Assembly (NCBI GenBank): GCA_046563655.1 | Contig: CM102283.1 | Span: forward strand, 7,068,001-7,132,000 | DNA: 64,000 nt | Source: Yuukianura sp. NJ FZ-2021 | Lineage: Eukaryota | Direction: 5' to 3' | Shown: positions 41,251 to 51,679 of the stretch, in pieces | Layout of the letters: every line of letters begins with the position of its first letter | Numbering within the stretch: the stretch's first letter is position 1 | Position numbers and translations under genes: made by a program | Notes under the pieces: generated by a model | Databases searched by the model: none | What the model saw: only the letters and a program-made list of their open reading frames with translations | What the model was told of the DNA's origin: nothing

Positions 41251-41475
41251 TTTCTACAGGAGGCATTTGGAAAAAGTGACGATTAGGCTGAGAAATCCAC
41301 TAAAGTGTAACTTCCTCATTTATGACAAATTGAAATTTTCCAAAATATTGTTTTTTTCAAACACCATCACACCATCTAACTTTCTACAGGAGGCATTACG
41401 ATTGACGATTAGGCTGAGAAGTACACTAAATATAACTTCCTTCTCTTTTCCTTCTCAGAAATTGAAAATTATACT
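41251..41475. repeat. Diverged tandem duplication, ~130-bp period
   Basis: TTTCTACAGGAGGCATT...TGACGATTAGGCTGAGAA...CACTAAA...TAACTTCCT...AAATTGAAA starts at both 41251 and 41381. Confidence 0.85.
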
Positions 41476-41866
41476 CATGTGCAAACAGCTTTTTTTTAAT
41501 AGAAAATGACACCGATTAATTTAAAACTTTTTTCTTCTAAATGCCGTATCGGAGTTACTAATCAAACCAAAAAGATTACAAATATACACAAACACAAGCA
41601 AATGAGAGGAACTGATGTTTATGTTGAAACAGTTGGGTATGTTCGGAAGAGAGAGAGCTGGACAAGACACAATGCGCCGTTATGTATTACATGAAGCATT
41701 AGTACATTTTCGCCATTTACAAATGGTGAAAACCGCGTGGATTCAAGTTCGTCAAAAATAGCAGAACTCCTAACTACTAGAAAAAGGAATGATGAAAAAT
41801 TACACGGATTAATTTGAAACTTTGTTTGAATTTCTGAACGAGTATTACAACCGTTCTGAAAATAGG

Positions 41867-41893
41867 ACAGACAGACAGATAGACAGACAGACA
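41867..41893. repeat. (GACA)n microsatellite
   Basis: gacagacagacagatagacagacagac. Confidence 0.85.
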
Positions 41894-43504
41894 AAGTTAC
41901 ACGAACAGTCTTCATCATCTCTACAACATGGATCTCCAGGAACAAGGCGGTGGCGCTTGGCACGATTCACTACTTTCAGCTTTGATACCCCTTGGTTCTA
42001 TTTTTAGCTTTTTTCTTTTGCAAACATAACCGCGAAGCGGGGAGTTTTGAAAATGACAAATAAATTTGAACTTAATGGGACACTGGGGCGGGACCCATTG
42101 GCCAGCGTAGTATAATATTTTCAATGTCGCCGTGGGAGGCAGTAGCAGCATACCATGGTCATCCAGCAACTTTTTGTGTCCTACTGCGCCTATCTTCTAC
42201 AAATACTAGTTCCTATGTAAATGTTAGATCCGTTTTAGAACAAAACGCGCCATTCCATTCACAAAAGGACTTACATTGTGTGACCTACTTTGATTGCCCT
42301 AGAAAAGTTCTAGTTCAATGCTAAAGTCTCTCCTTGAGCTCTTCAAAAACTTTACTTTCTCTGCTTTCTCTACTGTAAGTATCATTTTCTCCGCAAAAGC
42401 TTTCATTTGCTTCTCTTCTGTTAGAAAAGAGGCGTTGAGGTTTTGCGCATGTTGGATTGCTTCCTCTCCAACATTATTCGATCCAAGGAACTTTTTATTC
42501 AGAATCGGACTTGCCCCTGGAGGCTTCCTTTCATAAGGTTCCAGAGTTCCTGGAAGATCTTCCATTTTAGTTCCCTTGGCAAGGCCCTGTGCAGTCCCCT
42601 CCTACTTTCCTTTCAAATCTCAACTTCTGAGTCGTCACCTCCACCACATCGTAGTACTTGTTCTGAATAACAAATGGATACTCCAAAGTACCCTCTAGCA
42701 CTTGGCTCATCGTCCAGAAATTGGTTAAAGTGAGCCAAGTTTTGTTTAAGTTTCGCCAGTCCAGTGTTTGCTTACTTGTGAGAAAGTTGAAGTTTGGCAG
42801 TTTGTAAACATAATTTTGTCAAGAGAAATTGAGTTCGTGAGTTCAATTGTAGGTTGGTGCAGCAGCAGAAGGTTACTTGCAGTGAAAGTGCTCAGGTGAA
42901 AGTTCCAAGGAAGGAAGTGACACTTAGGAGATGCGAGAAAGTGGCCCATGACATGCAACATGACGGATTGGATTCGGATTTCGTGTGAGTTTGAGCTTAA
43001 TGTAGAAAAAGTAACATAGTTTTTGGTTAGACTAAATGAGAATATTAGGATACACGGATGGTTTTAGACTATCAGATTATGAAATCGATCGTGACCTTAG
43101 TTTTTTTGGCAATTTATTTTGGAAAATTGGAAAAAGTGAGGATATTGCCCTTGAACTATCCCGCGGTTTTTTCCTTTTTCCAAAATTGGTTTTCTTTGCC
43201 AAATAATTTTACGCTGTACGCTATGTAACGCTGTGTAAGGTGAAAGTAAATAGATTATTCATCATTCATAATTTTTTTTTTGTCTTGAAAGACGAGCGAA
43301 GAATAATTAAGTTTTTGTCGTATTTTGAGCCTTCTCGGTGAATACGAAAGCAGATCGATTAACTTTCATCGCCTCGAAGCTTGAATTATGTAAAAATGAA
43401 AACTTTTAAGAATCAAAAATTTTGTAAATAACTTAAAAACTTTTGGTGTTACTTTTTTGTGTATTTTTTTTAGCAGAAAAAATGAGTGACGAAGCCACGG
43501 AGGC

Positions 43505-45081
43505 ATGATATACCGTGAGGGTCCGCTCCTGTTGTAAGAAACACTTTCAATTGCACCCATTATTAAGTTATTATATTTATATATTATATTTTTGGAACAT
43601 TATATTAATATTTTTCTTTTCTTATTATAGTGCACAGGATCGTTTAGGGACATGGATTCCAATAACGTTAGACTCCATGGTAGAAGCCGTGATTATCGTT
43701 ACAATTTGTATCCTCATCATCATCACAAATGTCATCATCATCGCTGCATTCATCACTTTCCCTGGTAAGTTCAAAATTTTTTAAAAATTAAATTAAACAT
43801 AAGACTTTGTTCAAAAACCGAAAAATTAGGCTTTTTGAACATTTTGAAAATGAGTATTATTAGATAATTTGTGCTAAACGCGGCAAGACAGGATGATTGA
43901 TTCAAATTACAGGTGAAAGCAGTGGTGAAGGGGAGTGGATAGAAATGTTAGCGTGAAAGATAAGCGTGTCACGCGATGTAAAAATTGAATTTCCCGCTGC
44001 TAATGTTTTTCATTTTTTTAAATGTAGGTCAGCGGGAAGTGTTTACGTACTACTGCCTAACCCTCGCCGTAGCTGATTTGCTTGCTGGCGTTGTAGTTGT
44101 TCCCTTGTCGGTTGTTCCGACGCTCGTACGCGAATGGGTTTACTACGAATGGGTTTGTAAGGCCTCGGCGTATCTCAGCAACGTCCTCTGGATTGCTTCC
44201 ATGATGACTCTCATGTGGATGAGCGTCGACAGGTACAAAAAAAACTCAAAATTTTAAATTTTCAAAGAAGTTCCCGTCGAAATCCTAAAATTTTAAACTT
44301 GATTAGGTACATTGCCATTCGGAAACCAGTGAAGTATGAAACGATTCAAACCAGGACGCGAGTGCAGTGCTGGGTGGCATGTTCCTGGATTGCAGCGCTG
44401 ACGCTCTGCTGTCCACCACTTCTGGGCTTTCAGGGAGCCGTCTATGACAAAGACGCCTCCATTTGTCTCTTAGGCTGGAACGTCATGCCAGCCTATGCCG
44501 CTACACTGTCGTCACTCCTTCTCGGTAAGGTCGAAGGTCAAGGTCAAAGGTCAAATGAAACTGAAATTAGTCGAAAAATCTTAAACTCAGGTCCGACTAT
44601 TACGACAATGATTTACAACTACGTTGTGATCTTCAGCGCCATGAAGCGCTTGAAAACGGACTTACCGGGACTGGACAAAGAGTATGCGTCGGCGCTGACT
44701 GAAACGCTGGACAATCCTGCCCATGTCACGATCTTCATCCTCCTCGTCTTCTTCTGGATCTCATGGCTTCCATTCCTCATCATCAACTTTTTTGAGTACA
44801 TTGTCGAATGGAAAATTCCGGTGAGAACCCTACAAAAACCAATTTCAAATCAGCAAGTTTTCAAAATTTCAACTTTTTCAAAAATTTTAAAATTCCTGAC
44901 TTGTTCCTAGGTACCACATCTCCATTTCTCCGTATTCTGGTTGGGTCTAAGCAACTCCTTCTGGAAACTTGTGATCTACGTCCTTGTCAATCGGAACTTC
45001 CGCTTCCAATTGCGCATCTTCTGTCTCTCCATTTGTTGTCGAACAAAGAGTCGACGTCTCATTCGTCGTTCCAGCGATTGA
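43505..45081 (+). CDS. Orphan class A GPCR, GPR21/GPR52-like
   Basis: Exons 43505-43533, 43631-43764 (TM1), 44028-44232 (LAVADLLAG...MSVDR), 44308-44524 (YIAIRKPVKY), 44592-44820 (FWISWLPF), 44911-45081 (TM7 WLGLSNSFWKLVIY). DRY is present; NPxxY is non-canonical. Confidence 0.9.
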
Positions 45082-46369
45082 GTCTAAGCGTAATCGCTTT
45101 TCTATCATCAGCATCAACTTAACATATTGAGGCCGAACCTGCTCTAACTGCGCCTGCGCATAGTCACTACTCAAACGTACCTCAAAAGCAATGTGCTCAA
45201 CAACATTTCATCATCGTATCACCAAAAAAGAATGTTACAAACAGTATTAAATCATGTAGCAGAGTTCCTCGAATTCAAGCAACTATGCTAAAACATTACA
45301 TATGTTCTGGAGCGCTCAGAAAATCGCTGAACGCTGAATTCTAATTTCAGCGTTGTTGTTAACGTGAGAAGGTCCGTCGAAAACCTTTCCAAAAATATCC
45401 TCAATTGAATCCGGCCCAAAAACGTTAAGAATTACAAGTTTCAAAAACAAATTTAAAACAGAAGTCCATTACATCAAAAAAAAGTTTTCAAACAATTCAA
45501 ACTTTTTTGGTTCGTTTCGTTCCCCGAAAAAAACGAAACAAATTCAAAATCAAAATTGAAAAAATATCTCCTTCCTTTGTAATAAAATGGAAAGAGCTTA
45601 AAAAAGGAAAATAAGAGTTTATTAGTTGATTTTTCAGAAGAAAAAATAACTACGGTAATATCAGTTTTGCGTTCCCAAGTTCAAATCAGTGTAACAAATG
45701 TAAACTGTAGAAATTATTGTTTATAAAAAACTGTGTACGTAATAATATGTTGAGGAAAATGTAGTGTAGCAAAAAATATTCTTAGTATTGAATGTTAAAT
45801 TGCGTAGAGCTCAATGAAAAAAAAATAAGTGAACAGGTCAATATTAAAAATCAACTATGCAACGAAGTACAGTCAAGAAAAATATCAACCTGGATATCAC
45901 GGTATTCAAAATGCCAAGAAAGTTAATAAATTAATGTTTAGAATGTTAGATTTAGGCAGATAATGAAGTGGAAAACTAAAATAAACTAATTGTGATGAGC
46001 GTTTTCGTAAAAAATTTCCAGTGTTTATTTTCAAAAAATTCCAACGGATTCCACAAAGAATGCTGAATTACCTTAATTTTCTTCGTTTTGTTCAACTTTT
46101 TTTTTTTTCGAGAAACAGTTTTTCAAAATTTTTCAAACTGTTTCAGAATAAGGTTTGGTAAAAGCTAGCTTCTTTTCTTGCTGTGTTTTCTTTGCAAACG
46201 TTTCAATTTTTACCCATTCCGCTTCATATTCGGGCGTCGTCATATTAAAAATTCGTTCATATTCTTCAGCATAATCAGCGGAGTCATATCTAAAAACAAG
46301 AATTCATCAGTTTTTTTCAAAAATCATTGCACCGTTTTTCAAAACTTTTCAAAAGTCTTTGTTAAAAAC

Positions 46370-47389
46370 TTACAGATACATCGAAACAACGAGTCCAATG
46401 ATTTTGTCGAAGGCAGCTTTGTAAGGTCCGATTTCGGCTTGTGTCCATTGACACAATACTGGAATGAGTTCGTAGATGAGCCAGAATATTGTTACACCGA
46501 TATTTTCGAATCGTTTATCGTCAATATCCGCCACAACAATGTTTGTCACCTTTGCCTTCTGTTGTGTTCCATGACTCAAAGCATAAGTGTAACGCCCCTT
46601 CTTGTTGCCCGATTGGCCAGTCGACTTTTGGCCAACGTCCTCTGGAGGGATCAGAGTCTGTGGAGTCGACGCAATTCCGGAGTCTACCAAACTGTTTCCA
46701 TTAGGTTCAGTCAAATTCTGGCTCCTTTTCCCGCGATGTTTGGTTTGCGTGTTTTTGCGGACTTTACGGGCTTTGAAGAACGCTCGACGCTTCTTCCTTC
46801 GCTTCATCATTGGAAATACTTCTGTGGTGAAGTTTTGATCTGGAAGGACTTTCTTGTAACAAGCCATGAGTGGAGGAACGGCTGCTTTGATTATGACCTT
46901 GTCTTGCCCAGTACCGCGAATGCCACCGCGACGTCCAACGACTGGAAAGCTTTTGAGCAGAATATAGTGGATGATGACTTCGACTCCCCTGAGGAAACGT
47001 TGAGAAAACTTGGCATTGGTAGTTACGTTGAAAACGGAGAACATGCTTCGAACCATTGCTCCATAAGGGTACCAAATCTCGTTGTTGACCCAGTAGTACT
47101 CCAAAGCTTGTTCCATTTGAGTTTCACTCAAGTGGGTTATCCAGTTCCCAATTTCCAGCATGTCAGTGTCGTCAATGTAAGCTTTACCTCGCCATCCGTC
47201 GTACTCTGAAACTGGTGCTGCTGGAGGAGCAGGATAAACGACACGCCAAACATCTGAACCAAAAAAATGGACAAAAACGCAAATCAAGTGAGTTTCGGGT
47301 TTGTTTTTATTAGAAACAAAAGTAAAATGACAAAACTACTCACGAAAAATTAAGGCGACGAGGGCTATTTGACGTGATGATGAGAACAT
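46370..47389 (-). CDS. Uncharacterised secreted protein (~309 aa) with a central polybasic linker
   Basis: Exon 1 47389-47344 (MFSSSRQIALVALIF, donor C|GTGAGT) splices in phase to exon 2 47253-46370. Signal-peptide-like N-terminus; KRRKKRR and RGKR motifs. Confidence 0.75.
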
Positions 47390-47551
47390 TTCGGATCCAA
47401 TCGCAATCAAGTCTAGTATTGAAGATCGATGCGATCACTGGATGGCAAACCTTGTTGTATTGATAACAATGGTCAATCAAATAATAGTTGGTAATAAATA
47501 TTTCAATTCTCGTTAAACATCAAATCTGGGACATCCATTTCAATAAAAGGC

Positions 47552-48888
47552 TCATTCCTGCTTCTTAGCCGCAGCAGCGTCCAGATTGCCCATCACAGTC
47601 ATGCCAATCTTTCGAAATTCTCTGGCCTGATTACAAATGACGTAATTTTTAAAATTAAAATGTAAAAATTAAACTAATCGTAAGATGGTCGCTTACATGA
47701 ACACTGGTTGGATTTGAAATAACGATTGGTTTCCCGTCATCACAAGTTTCACTGACTTCAGGAGCGAATGGTAGTTTTCCTAGAATTCCACTTCCGTCGG
47801 GATAAGCTGCTAATACTTCCTCTGCGTGTTTGGTTGCGACAAGTGGAGCAGAATTCCCACATGATGGACAAAGAAACGATGACATGTTTAGTACAAATCC
47901 AAGAAGTGGAACTGATGTCTTCTTGAACATTTCTGCACCCTTAAGAGCGTCTTGAAGGGCTACCTTCTGAGGCGTAGTGACTATCACTGCTCCTGGACAG
48001 AGAAAAAAAGATGACAGTGTTATTGATATGTAAGTAAGCATTTCACAAGGTAATGCCAATTGTTACCATTGACTTCGACGCTTTGAGCGATTGACAATTG
48101 TGTATCTCCTGTTCCTGGCGGCATGTCAATGACCAGAAGGTCAAGCGGATCCCAGCACACACCTCGCACTAAATTTTCGATTGCTTGCATTACCATCAGT
48201 CCTCGCCAGACTACTGGAGCTTTCTCATCCACCAAGAATCCCATGGACATACTAAAAAAATGGATCAAATAAATATCAGAATCCTCCGTTTCCTATTACT
48301 ATTTACGTTTAAAGTACAAGCCGAATTTCACCATTTAACGCCGTAGTTTTGTAACGGAATCATGAGATTTTCTGAAAAACAAACTTGATTGAGTCAAATA
48401 ACAAAATCAGCACAAGGTTAAATTAAATCCTTTGTTTACTTGAGTTAATTTCTGGTTTTCCGTTCAAATTCATCATAAGCGGAAGAGACGGTCCGAAAAC
48501 GTCTGCATCTAACAAACCAATCTTCTTGTCAGGATAAGCAAGGGCCAGTCGAACCGCAAGGTTAACTGCAAAATAAAACATTTCCTTAGCATGGTAAAGG
48601 TAAAACATGAAGTTAGTAATTGTGAAATAACTATTTTTGTAATTAACCTGCAACAGTGGACTTTCCAACACCTCCTTTTCCGGATGCAACCAGAACAACG
48701 TTTTTTACTCCATCAATCGGTTTACGTTTTGGAAGACCCCGAGCCATAATCGCCTTTCTCCTTTCGTCTTCACTTGCCGATGGCGTTGTTGACATCCAAA
48801 CATTTCCAGGCTTCTTTGATGCTGCAAAATTCCAAAAGCCACAGCGTTGTTGGTATATTCGGCGATATAAGGCATTACAAACAATCAT
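47552..48888 (-). CDS. NUBPL: Iron-sulfur protein NUBPL/Ind1 (Mrp/NBP35 ATPase, mitochondrial)
   Basis: Exons ~48888-48648 (transit peptide, [12 protein letters not shown]), 48566-48440 ([11 protein letters not shown]), 48371-48332, 48251-48068 (VVWRGLMV...DMPPGTGD), 47993-47697 (VTTPQ...[11 protein letters not shown]), 47626-47552. Confidence 0.96.
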
Positions 48889-49388
48889 GTTTAAGGCTTT
48901 ACTGTTTATGTTTAAATAACAAAACCACTAAAAAGTACTAAAAGGTCAAAATAACTTGTTAGTTGTCAATTTTTCCAGCAGGATAACAAAGAATCAGCTG
49001 TGGAGAAAAGAACCGCTAACACAAATACAAATTGAGATGGGGTGACTCAGTAGATGCCGCACCACATCAACAATGACCCAAAATCCTGCTTCAGTTCTTC
49101 GGACTCGGGAGTCGGGAGTAACTGACTTTTTACTAATCTTAAACCTTATACGCTGAATTTAATTTGAATTACGTTAATTTTGCATGCGAAAACGACGGCA
49201 ATAAGATTCTGCTTGAATTGAACATTGAGCACAAACAACTAAAAGAAAGTCCAAATACTAAGCCACGACATAATCCTAAACTTTAAAAAAATGAACCGAT
49301 TGCACAATGACTCCTGTAAAGTGATGAAAAACACAAGTGGATTTCTGTTTTATTTTAGAATGAAAATTGTAAACGATTTGCTTAGGGT

Positions 49389-49819
49389 CTATCTTAATCT
49401 CCTAGCTTCTCGCTCAGACTCCAGGAGGGTGAGGATGTCTCCTTCCCGAACTGGGCCCTTTACATTCCGGATGATCTGTCGATTCTGTTCTCCCAAGAAC
49501 TCCACCTTCACCTGGGTACACTGACCCTGCGACCCAGTCCTGCCAAGGAGCTTCGTCACCTGTAAATCAACAAAACAAATCGGTCAAATCGGTCCAGGTT
49601 GATGGTATGAAATCAGTACAGAGAGATCTTTGATCCTGATCGTGGAATACATGACAACAAATTTGCAGACGCTTAAACCGGCCTTACCAACAGCTGACGA
49701 TGACCGTGACAAGACGACTAAATTGAATTCTTGTATTCCCGTCTACTGTATAGTTTTATTAAATATTTAAGTTCTAAAGTGCTTTAACTTACGCGAGCAA
49801 GAACAACTGGCTTATCCAT
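49389..49819 (-). CDS. RPS28: 40S ribosomal protein S28 (eS28)
   Basis: Exons 49819-49793 (MDKPVVLAR) and 49559-49389 ([56 protein letters not shown]). Confidence 0.98.
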
Positions 49820-49920
49820 TTCTTGTAGATGTGGTTGACCTTATTTGAAACGATGAGAAAATCGTTGATGACCGACCAGAAGTTATGTAAAGTCGCCGAC
49901 TAAAATCAAAGATGACCCAC

Positions 49921-49958
49921 ACAATTCAGCAGCAAAGCAATCGATTGACAAAAGGCAT
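49921..49958 (-). promoter_or_regulatory. RPS28 polypyrimidine start (TCT/5'TOP-like) and non-coding first exon
   Basis: Minus strand CCTTTTGTC...TGAATTGT|GTGGGT, followed by a short GT-AG UTR intron (~49920-49840) before the ATG exon. Confidence 0.6.
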
Positions 49959-51679
49959 GCAGACTGCAGATAGGCCAGGCAAAAGTGTATTCAAGAAAAG
50001 CACGTGGTTGGGGCGAGCGAATTTTAAAATATTTTGTAATTTGCAATTGCATTGGCAAATGGCATAATTGATTAAACGAAACGTCGAAGCATATACCATA
50101 CTTTCCTCAAAAAATTGAACCAACTAAAACGCTGAACAACTAAACTGTAGTTTAAAGTCTGCTTAGAACCAGATTATAGTTAAAATACTAAATAACTTTG
50201 TAGTTAACTCTTTCAACACTGAAATTTTCAACTAAGAAACGATTTGTCACTTACAAAGTTTTGCCAAACTTGTTTCGCAAATGCCAGTGCAAAATACGGC
50301 AACAAGGGGAGGGGAGGAAGGCGGGTGCGTGCTTCATTTAGTAATGTAAAAGTTCCTTAACTTAAAATTAAAATAACTAAAGCCATTTAAGTGTAGCATG
50401 ACATTAAAAAGTATAACTAATCAGTAAAGTTATTAAATTAGATACTTCAACAATGCATATTCTCCATAACATATTTTTCAATAATATATTTTTCAAAATT
50501 AGGAAAATGAGTTGCCCAGCTCGGGAAATAGGAAAAGTAGCCCGCAGCAAGAAGTTTTTGTCAAACCTGTACTTTTTTTTTTGGTTTTGTAAACAAGATT
50601 TTTTTTGGCATGTCAGATGTCACTTTCACTTTCAAGTTTCAACTTCGTAGCTTCATTGCTCTTTTATCGTCTCTTTTTCTTGGTTGTCAAGTGTAATTAA
50701 ATCTAAGAGTAAAGGAGGTCAGGAGAGGTCAACAAACAGCTAGCAGCAGAGAACAAGAACAACACGGGTATCGTCAATTCAATCTGGAATCGGAAACTTG
50801 CTACTTAACTTGTCGCAACTAGCCGGAAAGAGATTCCCATCCATCGTCTTCTGGAACTGGCAGTGAACTTACAAACTTCAGGTTCAGTTTTTGATTACTA
50901 AACGTAAAAGTTAGGTACATTATTAACAGATTTATTATGTTTATGCTGGGCTGGAATAATTTTTGATTATGAGTTGTGTATCAAATTGTAGAGTAATTCA
51001 AAACATGTTTCCATTTTATGGTTTGGTACAACGTTTCCTTTGTACTCACTACTAAAATCTTCGTGACACACACTGGTACTGTAGTAATGTGTAATGTGTA
51101 AAGCGTCAGGCACGGATGTGAGGTTAGTTACGTTAAACATTGAACTGTAACGCTGCTGATACATTTATCAGCTTTTCCGTATATGCAGATTATGTTTTTG
51201 TGATACGATTTAATCGTACGTTTGTCTCAACTTTCACGGCATATAACGTAATATGAATGTACGAAAATCTGACAAGCAAAACATCACAGTTTTATTTATA
51301 ACAACATTGAATTGTAGTAACTGACTGACAAAGTGCTTTAAAATGTTTGAACTAATTTATAAACTAATTCAGTGCTTTGAAATTGAATACGGGTTGTTTG
51401 TGCTTAAATTCAAATATGTTGAGACGTTTTGGGCTAGATAATCTATGTGGTAGGAAACGAATTGATTCAGTATTGCTACTAACAATAATTTTTGGGTTCT
51501 CCAACTATCTCCTACAAGCAATCAACCATAATATTTTGGGAGCATAAGTACAGGCAGTATTTAAGTTGTAAATAATTCTATCGTCTTGAGAGATTCAATT
51601 GTTGCATTTTTGGAGATTCAGAGCGTGGTATTTGTGTTACTTTGCTTGTTGCAAACGATATTCATAATGGTATTACTTG

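Noticed and set aside
46178-47209. 343-aa + strand ORF
   Set aside because: Antisense shadow of the minus-strand gene, which has a signal-peptide exon and splice sites; the ORF starts at a non-ATG codon in AT-rich sequence.
49560-49792. Intronic snoRNA in RPS28
   Set aside because: No box C (RTGATGA) or clear H/ACA layout on the sense strand.
50500-50880. Possible small + strand exons between RPS28 and the AC3 3' end
   Set aside because: Could not assemble a consistent start-splice-stop model, and nothing recognisable in the translations.
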